From: Octopus sinensis
Lineage: Eukaryota
Assembly: GCF_006345805.1 (NCBI RefSeq)
Contig: NC_043002.1
Location: 25,606,001-25,670,000 of the forward strand
Reading direction: 5' to 3'
Length of the DNA: 64,000 nt
Both the position numbers and the translations under genes were made by a program. The notes below the pieces were generated by a model. That model ran no database searches. It saw only the letters and a list, made by a program, of their open reading frames with translations, and was not told the DNA's origin. Shown here one piece after another: positions 54,331 through 64,000 of the stretch (position 1 is the first letter of the stretch; the number at the start of each line of letters is the position of its first letter).

Positions 54331-55601
54331 ATGTCTCAAAAGTCCCGTGTTCATGTGTAACAAAGAATACTTTTGTGCAGTTATGAAATCTTGAAAGCAG
54401 AACTCCATCAATTATAAAGCGAAATCTCAACGGAAATCGAAGCCATAAATACTCTAAAGAATATCCGAAAGTTGTTTAGGATTATTTGCGTATATATATG
54501 CGACACGTTTGCAGATTTTTACACACTATTCTAACCTTTAAAATGATAGCAGATTTGTCGAAGGTCGATACTTTCAATGTAAGAATAACAAAGAAAAAGA
54601 ATTTCCCGATCGATTATCGAAGCCAAAATAAATGCAAATGTATACGAAATAGGAACTTATTTTGTCAGTAGATATGAATGTTAACGCTGGAGAAAAAACT
54701 GAGAGTTTATCCCATAGCGCCAAATATACGGAAGCATCAGCAAACAATACGTTTAGCGATTCTCGCAGGAGTTTCGCACCCACAAATAAGAATACTTTTT
54801 TAAAAAATGCAACGATAATAAAATAAAATAAACTATATGTAAATATTGGAAAACATAAATTTTATACTTTGATGCAAGATCTTCGATATATTTTGTGTGG
54901 AATCACCAATTTCTCAATCTTTCCCATTTTATACTGCCTCAGTTTTCTTTCTCGTTTGACTTTTATTCTCGAGTTGCATAACAAAATAGTGTTCCGATTC
55001 TAAATATTAGTATGGGGTAAAGTATGTGATTTTCTGCCATGTGAATGTTTGCGCCACCACAAGCAAAAATCGGACATTTGATATTAGCGAACAAATATCA
55101 AATGTCTGAATATTTGTGCCAGTCACTCAAACCATTGCCTTGTGAGGGACGTAATCGAAAGTTTCGTAATTACGTGGCGTATCCATGGAAGATGAGAACT
55201 CAATACTGCAAGCTTATGACAAACTTGCATATTGTTTAGTGAATCCCACTACTGAGTGTAGTCAATTGTTCCCTACCCACGATGCCGATTTTAAAATAGG
55301 TAGGCTGAATAAACGAGATTTGACTCAACGATACAAGACTGTATCTGTAACTGAAAACGTACCCTGCATCATTTAATTGGTAATATAACATAGTATGCAG
55401 GGATTTTCTAAAAAATATTCTCTGCTACCTGTCTACAAAATCTTAAAGAAGCAGATATGGGTGACACCCATTCTGAAGGACATTGTAGTTACAGAGAGGA
55501 CAAATTTAAAGAAATGAGTTCGTGCCTAGCCGAATGAAATATTTTTTTCCTTTCTGAATTGTTGCGCGGCGGTAAAATATCGTCTCCGAACCGACACGAT
55601 G

Positions 55602-55688
<87 letters not shown>

Positions 55689-55755
55689 TTATCTATCTGT
55701 CTGTCTGTCTGTCTATCTCTGTCTGCCTGTCTGCCTGTCTGCCTGTCTGCCTGCC

Positions 55756-55806
<51 letters not shown>
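55602..55806. repeat. Compound (TATC)n(TGTC/TGCC)n(CT)n microsatellite
   Basis: Directly visible. Confidence 0.95.
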
Positions 55807-55812
55807 TAATAA

Positions 55813-56012
55813 TCTATTATATAAAATCCGTTCTGTCTGTCTGTGTGTGTGTGTGTGTGTCTTCTAGGATCTCGGGCATCCTCCATCCGATTGCGCTCCA
55901 ATTTGATATGTAGATACTGACGGTATCAGGGCGTGTATAAGTCTTGAAAAATTACAAAAATCGATTCCAGGTGAGAATGCGATCGATAAAGCATTCTTTA
56001 GAATAGAAAAAA
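55813..56012 (+). mobile_element. Non-autonomous Helitron-like 5' end
   Basis: A|TCTATTATATAAAA start followed by (CTGT)/(GT) runs and CATCCGATTGCGCTCCAATTTGATATGTAGATAC; no 3' hairpin-CTRR seen. Confidence 0.45.
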
Positions 56013-56678
56013 AGTTTATCTTTATTTCTTCTTTTGCTGGTGTCTCAAATTTAGGTTAAATCAGTGTTTCTCAAAGGGGAGGCCTATGGGACGGTTGGAA
56101 AGTTGTTTTGGGAAAATTTGGTTTAAATTTTTGACAACTCAGCACCGTCCATTGGACGGGGGGCGTTTTGATCGTATATTCTATTATGCAAATAATGAAG
56201 ATTAGCGTCGTCTGATAAGGAAATGATTCTAATGTTAAAGAATTAGTTCAAACACCACCATTCTTTTTCTCTTTCTTTGTCGATATATATATATATAAAA
56301 TTTTATATTCAAGTATACACCTTGTAGTATGCTGTTTAAAGGCCGTCTACAGTATTCGGCTACCAGATGTTAACAACACTATGGAGGTATGCACAACTGG
56401 ATTTATACCAGGAATTCTTTTGTGTCCGTGGGGTTTATAGTGCATACTATCCGTCTCTTTTTGCTACACTGACCAAAATGTATTGTTATAGAAATGAACG
56501 AAACAACAAGTAAAAAGTGAGATACCTTTTTAAAAATCACCAGAGGAGACGCATCTGCTCCTATGATGCATGATAATTGTTTGTACATCTCACCTGTAAG
56601 GTACCGGTGTATAATGGGTCGAAACGATCGTAGTGGCTCGTGAATTCCATTTAGTTTCTCACATTTTATGTAAGTGTT

Positions 56679-56991
56679 GAAGGTGTGTGGCTTTGTGGTT
56701 AAGGTATTCGGCTCACGATCGTAAGGTCGTGAGTTCAATTCCTGGTGGCGCACTGTGTCCTTGAGCAAGGCACTTTATTTCATGTTGCCCCAGTCTACTC
56801 AGCTGAGTAGTACATGTATTTCAAAGGGTCAACTTTGTCACATTCTGTGTTACGCAGAATTCCCTTGAGAACTACGTTAAGAGTTCACGTGTCTGTAGAG
56901 TGCTCAGCCACTTGCATGTTAATTTCACGAGCAGGGGCCATTCTGTCGATCGGATCAACTGGAACTCACGATGTTGTAACCGACAGAGTGT
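56679..56991 (+). mobile_element. SINE family C-related, full length
   Basis: GTGGCTTTGTGGTTAAGG...GAGTTCAATTCC...TGTCCTTGAGCAAGGCACTT; 3' body shared with 22232-22365. Confidence 0.85.
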
Positions 56992-59470
56992 CAGTTTGTT
57001 TGTTTGCTCGTTTGTATGTATGTATGTATGTATGTATGTATGTATGTATGTATGTATGTATGTATTTATGTATGTATGTATGATGGGCTTAAACAGTTTC
57101 TATTTGCCATATTCTCCTCACAAAGTATTGGTTGACCTGAGACATCTTGACCACACAGTAGTGCCTGCACCCACTTGGAACTATTTTACCTGTGTCACTA
57201 TTGCTCATGAGAAAAGTATAAATGTTACAGCGTTTTCTTATCTTTTCCCATCAATGTGAGGTTTCATGATTTCGTGGAAAACAGTGTTAAAAAAACTGGT
57301 GAAATATTCTCAGTTAGTTTCATCTGAAAGAAGTGATATCCATTTGCAAAAGATTCGTACTTTTAGAAGAAACATTTCTTCAAATATAGATTCTTTAAAT
57401 TTTCGCCAAAGTGGTTTTAGAAAATGAAGGGGGGGGGGGAGAAAAGAAAACAAAAATGAAACTAAAATACCCGGATGATTGACAAATAACATTGTGGTTG
57501 GTGTAGTTGCCATCCATTTGTATTTTTTGCTTTATAATAAATTCTGAATATCTTTGTTTACATGCAAGTATAGAAAAATGCTGTTTTAAAGATATTCATA
57601 ATGCTTCTTAGGAAAGAGTTTTAAAGACTTATGATTAGTTTTCCGACATGTTTATTTCTTCTTTTTATTATAAACTATCATTTACAATCCTACACATGCT
57701 TAGAAGCTCAGCAGCTTGGTAATCCATATCTGCTCCTAGTACCATCGGTCACAAGATTAACCTATGTTACAGTTTTTATTTGAATACATGCATAAAATAA
57801 ATATCTAGAAAAATTTCCAAGGAAGCTATAATGGTATTTTGTCTGGGGATTTCTTATTCGGGGCCTAATCCCAGCTGCCTAAAAGATTACAGTTAAACAA
57901 ATATAAGTATACAACTCCAACTGTTACTACAGATCGCCGAAGAAAATACTTCAAAACATTTCACGTCTTCACAGCCAAACTTCTAAATAAAAAAAAAAAT
58001 TACCTCTACGCATGATGTATAAGTTGGCTTCTTTGGGCTCACAAGATGAACAACAGGCGTTGGTATTGAGCCCTGTTTCTATATAAATAAACCTATGAGT
58101 AGATACAGAGATTTTAGTTCTAAATTAAAATTATATATATGTTACAAAAGTGAAGATTTTCACAGTTTATTGTTTGCAGTGTTAGAAAGTTCTGTATTAC
58201 AAACAGTGAACGTTTTGAAATAAATCAAAAACATGCATTCTTTTTGTGTTTGAGAACGAGTGATCATGCTTACTTTCATGGTACACTTGGATTACATAGA
58301 TGGACATTTACATTACTATTTCGAGTCCTGGGACTAATAAGGCCGGTTACTCGGTCTCCTTGGCGTATAAGCGACTGAGATCACAACATACTCCTGGACG
58401 AGACGCCAATCCGCCGCAGAGCTACTCATTTACAGCTGGGTGGATTGGAGTAACGTGAAATGAAGTGTTTTACCCAGGGTAAAACCACGATCTTGAGACC
58501 ATGAGTACAACACCCTAAAAACTACGCCAGCGTCTTCACTTATATAGAGGGGGCTTATGGTATTCAACACTGCTGAATTTGAACACTAAAAGCCAATGAA
58601 ATACTCACTAGTTTTATAGTAATGTCGTTGTCTACAGTGGCAAAATATACCAATCCGTAGTACTAAATCATATTTAGGTGAATTTGGTTTGTGAGAGCAA
58701 ACTCTGCCAATCATTATCTTAGCACAGATCCTTTGACAGGATTCGAACGGTTGAATTTCGGTTAGTTGTCTGATGCCCTATCGAGTCAACTATCCAAGAA
58801 AACATTAGTTTCTTGTTGACCAGACACAAGATTCTTGCCTTATATGAGAGTGAAGAATGAGGAACATAACGATGAAGCTATTCCCAAAGGTATCAACGGA
58901 ATAAATGAAACAGTTAGTTTGGGTGGCTTGTTCTTAGCTGATGTTGTTCTTTAGGCCAAGGTCAGCCCTGGTCAATGATATTCCATCCATGATCATCCAG
59001 CCTGTTTTTTCTACAGACATAGTATAACTAGATTTACATTATTCAAAGTGTTTTTCCATTTTAAAGATAGAATCCTGTGGTTTGAGAGAGATTTATTTTA
59101 CTATATTTAGTTCTTGTGGAGGCTTCAGAATTGGCTCGAATTGTTTTTAATTGATGTTGAACTTGTTATAGTCGTCTTTGCTTGGCGCTAGGTCAAGACC
59201 AAGAGAGCAGACTTATAGTTTGAGGCATTCCAGCTATGACCATCCAGTCTATTCAAGGTTAGGCAGGACTAAATTTATGTGTAATAAATCTTTCTTTCTG
59301 TCACAACCTCAAGTCTATTATGGTTATCTTCCTACCCTGTGTCTATCCGTATATCCGTATTTCTACCAAGTTTCTGAAGATAACTAGCTGTCATCACAAA
59401 CCCGATGTAGTCTCTGAAGAGACCTCGGGCGAAACAATATACATTCTATTGGACTCATTGTTATGGATAA

Positions 59471-59548
<78 letters not shown>

Positions 59549-59649
59549 ACACACACAGACACACACAGACACACACATACACACACGCACACGCACACAT
59601 TTTAATCGAAGTGTACAGTATTATATATCCATTGCGGCTGATCTTACCC

Positions 59650-60205
59650 AATCGGTTTGCACTTGGGGTTCAACGGAGTGTTAGGTAACAGTCCGATTAT
59701 GTAACCCTGCGCACATAAGAGGTATTCGTTAAGGAATGAAATATGGCAACTGCTCTCTATTGTTGGAGGTGAATAGACACATCCGGTTTGTGGTTGCTGT
59801 GAAAAGATGATGAAACGAATCGAGCAGGATTTTAAAAGTCCCTTGGTACCAAAACATCTTCACTTGGGGTGGTTTTGTTGCAAGTCAGCAAGAGGTTTCT
59901 TGAAATGAGTTTGTGGGAAATGTGTATGTCTTTAAGATTGTTCTTGTGGAAATGGAAAGTGTGTAGTGGTATTATATATATATAAGCTTTGCTTTGGGTA
60001 TACACATTTCTTTTATGCATTGGTTAAATTTGTGAGGCATTTGTGTGTGTGTGCGGTGTGTGTAGAAGTACAATATGTGTGGCTGCTTACGTTGGGAGTG
60101 ATGGAAAAAAGTCTATTTGGCTAGGTGTCCGCCGTGCTGGGACACGTGTGTTTGTGGGTATATTGGTGGCATGTTCTGGCCAAACTCTCTGCTGGACTTT
60201 CAGGT

Positions 60206-60250
<45 letters not shown>

Positions 60251-60620
60251 GGTGGGGGGGGGGCTGAAGTTGAGGAACTGGTTATTATATCATGATGGGG
60301 CACGCAGGTACTTTCATATGGGCAAGGATTAAAAATTTCAGTTCTGCTAGTCAGATAAATGCCTGAGTGCCTCTGCTCAGGCGTGGGTCTACTTACTAAA
60401 ATCTTTTAAACATTAAGTGCACAGCTAAAGGAAATTCTCAGGGCATGCCTGTTAAATATTTTGCTGAACCTATTTGTAAGGGGGAAGTGCTTGTCTACTC
60501 GGGTTTTAGCACTTAAAGAGAAGGGCGGTGTGAACCATAGCACTTTCCGATGACGCTTTCTCTTGGAGGGGTTAGGATTTGGCATGTAACTAATTCTATC
60601 TTTGAAACCGCTTGCGGCCA
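59650..60620 (-). mobile_element. Degenerate Penelope-like retroelement (RT C-terminus/linker toward GIY-YIG)
   Basis: 60617-60406 translates to FKDRISYMPNPNPSKRKRHRKVLWFTPPFSLSAKTRVDKHFPLTNRFSKIFNRHALRISFSCALNV, matching the PLE motif IIWFNPPYS...IDKHFP...KIFNRNxxKISYSCMPN. The downstream part is frameshifted and interrupted by microsatellites, so the lower boundary is approximate. Confidence 0.75.
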
Positions 60621-61174
60621 TGTATGTATGTATGTATGCTTGTATGTATGTATGTATGTATGTATGTATGTATGTATGTATGTATGTATGTATGTGTGTG
60701 TGTGTGTGAGTGTGCATACGTATATGTATGTATATCCCATGGTTTCAACTATGAGTATTACTCATTGGATTATAGTCGAAGTGGTTGAATATTCCACAGA
60801 CATTTATCCCTTTGACCATAGACACAGAAATAGTAGTAGTAGTAGCAGCAGCAGCAGCAGCAGTAGTAGTAGATAATTACTGCCATAGTAAAGGGGATAT
60901 CTATATATTCGTGTACGGTTCATTAGGATTATTGGTTTCAAATGATTGTCATGGTAGCCAATGTAAGAACCTAGCTTACACTGAAAATACGCATGATTTT
61001 TCAACATAGGAAATTATAAGCACATTGGTGGTTAAAAACGGTGAGTGGTAAACATTTTGAGTTAAAATTCTACCACGGTTGACTTTGCTTTTCCTCACTT
61101 CCAGGTCGAAGGAAAATGCGAGCATAATATACTCAGGTTTGATCTATCTCCTTATCAAAAATTGAGCTTTTGAA

Positions 61175-61307
61175 GTTAGCTTGCTTACCAACCACATGGT
61201 CCCGGGTTCAGTCCCACTGCGTGGCACCTTGGGCAAGTGTCTACTACTATAGCCTTGTGAGTGGATTTGGTAGACGGAAACTGAAAGAAGCCCGTCGTAT
61301 ATATGTA

Positions 61308-61365
<58 letters not shown>

Positions 61366-61585
61366 CATGTATGTTTGTGTGTCTGTGTTTGTCTCCCTAG
61401 CATTGCTTGACAACCGATGCTGGTGTGTTTATGTCCCCGTCACTTAGCGGTTCGGCAAAACAGACCGATAGAATAAATACTGGGCTTACAAAGAATAAGT
61501 CCCGGGGTCGAGTTGCTCGACTAAAGGCGGTGCTCCAGCATGGCCGTAGTCAACTGACTGAAACAAGTAAAAGAGTAAGAGTAAG
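61175..61585 (+). mobile_element. SINE family A, near full length
   Basis: AGCTTGCTTACCAACCACATGG...GAAACAAGTAAAAGAGTAAGAGTAAG. Confidence 0.9.
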
Positions 61586-61604
61586 AGTAAGAATAATTCT
61601 TTCT

Positions 61605-61995
61605 AGTTTTAACACAAGCGAGCAGTTTTAAGAGGAGAAGGCATGTCGATTACATTGACGAGTATTCGACTGGTACTTATTTTATCGATCCCGAAAGGAT
61701 AAAACAAAGTGACCTGAGCAGCTTGGGAACTCAGAACATAAAAGTGGAAAAATGCTACTGAGCATTTTGTCCGGCGTGCTAACGATTCTGCCAGTTCGTC
61801 GCTTTAAATGTTTCGCATTTTAGCACAAGGCCAGCAGTTTTATAAGAAAGGGGCTAGTCGATTACATTGTGCCCAGTATCTTACTAGTACTTTATTTTAT
61901 CAGTCCCGAAAGGGTGAAAGGCAACATTGAACTCGGTCGGAAGAAATGCCGCTAAGCATTTTGTCCGACTCACTAATGATTCTGTCAGTCCTCCG
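61605..61995 (-). mobile_element. Two degenerate SINE family B copies
   Basis: ACTGGTACTTATTTTATCGATCCCGAAAGG and GAAATGCCGCTAAGCATTTTGTCC motifs. Confidence 0.7.
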
Positions 61996-62001
61996 CTGTT
62001 T

Positions 62002-62412
62002 CGGATCTTTTCAGTTTGAACAGCAGTTTTTAACATAATTTCTAGGTAACTAAAAAATTTAAAACTTCGTATACTGGTAGAATGTGCTTATAAAACATCT
62101 TTTTGTCTTGACTTTATTGAGAAAATTCTATAGTTTGTAAGATATTTGTTGTTTTTTTCTTCAATTTCTGCAATTTCAACCAATCACTGATGTCCATTGA
62201 GGTAAACAACATTCTGTGCCGTATGAATATGTCCCTCGTTTAAGAAACAGATTGGGTTTATTTACATTTGTGAAGAAAAAAAGATGTCCTTCCCCCACCC
62301 CTAACCCTAAAATAGATTGAAATGCAATAGATCGATACTAGGGTCATAATTATGGGTGACAATTTCATATGACATCGCTAGAAAAAAATGCCGTTCAAAC
62401 CGAAAAGATCCG
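62002..62412. mobile_element. MITE with ~30-bp TIRs and an apparent CTGTTT target duplication
   Basis: Left CGGATCTTTTCAGTTTGAACAGCAG, right ATGCCGTTCAAACCGAAAAGATCCG; CTGTTT at 61996-62001 and 62413-62418. Confidence 0.8.
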
Positions 62413-64000
62413 CTGTTTCTAACAAAGACAAAAGGACTAATTTTTCGTGATGGTGGTAGATGAGTAAATCAATTAAATGACTCTAGTACCTGACAGGTAC
62501 TTTATTTTAACGATGTCTGAAAGATGAAAGGCAAAACTGACTTCGGTGGGGTTTGAACTGAGAGCTCAAATAGTCGGAACAAATACCGTAAAGAATTTTT
62601 TATCCGATACACTAACGACTCTGCTAATTCATCGCCCTTTTGCGCAGACACAAATAGCGAGCGATGTTGTTTATAGAAGCCAAAAAAAAAAAAAAGAAAA
62701 AGGAAACGGAAAAGAAAACGAGAAGAAAAATAGTTAAACGGAGTTAAGGGAATGCAGGAAGAGAGGGTTGAGGTGAAGAAGGAAGACAAGGAAAAGGGAG
62801 AAAAAGAGGCGCTATGCTTGAAAACGAGGCTTGCAGTTGAGGAAGAAGAATTACATCTATAACACGTGATGGTCAGAAGGCATTTGTAGTTTATTGTAAA
62901 ACTGAATATATTATAAACAATCGATAAAGAAATAATAACAAAACGAATTCATCCGGGTTTTCATTCAACAGAATTTCAAAAGTCAGAAAACCGTGTCCAC
63001 GTAAGCTTAGTATTAATTTTTCGATTTTTCTGAAAGTAAACACAATAAAAACAATATTTTAGTAAGATCTGAGAAGACTGGAGTGAATTTTAAATAATTT
63101 TCACAACTATTATTAATCGTAACTGAAGATTTATTGAGGCTTTTTATATTTATGGATTGCTCTGTTTTTTCACATGCAGTCATCCTTTTCTATATTCAAT
63201 AAAATGCCTTTTGAATGATTGCTAAGGATTCCCTCGCCAACACGCAACAGCATCTTTTTGTATCTTATTTATTTACTACAATAGTCTCTATTATTTCTGA
63301 ACCATGTAGGTGCGTACTCATTTCATCTAAACCCATGCAGTCCATTCGTCTCTTTTCCTCATTCCGTCATCTTCACCGTGTTTCATCTCCTAGATCCTGT
63401 ACAAAATATTTCGCCGAAATTTTTTCACCAGAATCCCCCGTTCAGCCATTTCATGCTAACATAGACCTACAAATACCTAAGCTCTCACAAGTTGAGAGGA
63501 TTTACAAAGAATGCAGACACTTCCCTTTCTTTCGTGAACAACTCACAAGGACGAAGTGAAAATAGTTCGAACGACACTCGACTGTGAACTAACAAGTCAA
63601 TTCGGTTTTCCAAATTATCTCTTGATCTTTTGTGTTGATCGCCATTATGACATATTGTATGGTCTATTGCATTTTTGGCTGAGTATACCGATACTACCAA
63701 AACGATAGCTGAACCCAGTTAATGAACATAACGGTAAATTACAAGTAGATAAGATTGAAGGTCAGTTTCTTTTCAATTTAGTGAATCCGAAAAAAAAAAC
63801 CCAAAGCAAAAAGGATCGGGCATATGGCCTTCTTAGAACATTCTTAATTATTTGACTTTAATACCTGTAACATTGTTGCTTTCTCTAAAGGGCGTTAACC
63901 AACTAATGGTGCTTTTTCATAGAGCATTGTAGATTAGGATAGGAAGAAATTCCTTAGAGATAGCAGGATCTCAACTAGCGTCTAATCCTAAGAAGTAAAG

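Noticed and set aside
62298-62310. CCCTAACCCTAA as an interstitial telomere repeat
   Set aside because: Only two units, and internal to a MITE.
63180-63720. 114-aa and 71-aa ORFs near the window end
   Set aside because: No recognisable motifs; other frames look like a decayed TE with many stops.

Overview
AT-rich, microsatellite-saturated animal genomic DNA. The SINE families (tRNA-head CORE/OR-type and a second very abundant family) suggest an Octopus genome; this is inferred from repeats only. One protein-coding gene is well supported: a minus-strand, 3-exon gene (50661-50385, 41589-41383, 37182-36986; GT-AG introns, both phase 1) for a 226-aa secreted protein with three peritrophin-A/ChtBD2 (CBM14) chitin-binding domains, one per exon. 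The rest is transposon debris: Tx1/L1, RTE and CR1-like LINE pieces, a Penelope-like ORF relic, Tc1, mariner and maT relics, MITEs, a Helitron-like 5' end and many SINEs. Nearly all ORFs in the supplied track are translations of microsatellites or TEs. The most interesting non-coding structure is in intron 1 (45079-46158): a ~490-nt tandem unit bounded by type I hammerhead ribozyme motifs with a palindromic stem III, preceded by an inverted partial copy and embedded in (TA)n. This is the architecture of a Penelope-associated retrozyme, predicted to release a ~490-nt (circular) RNA. A second, unrelated type I hammerhead lies at 13725-13787 (minus) and a decayed one at ~59408-59456. Two 5'-truncated Tx1-type LINE copies are each flanked on both sides by (TATC)n, suggesting a microsatellite-targeting family. 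All folds and alignments were done by eye; no searches were run.
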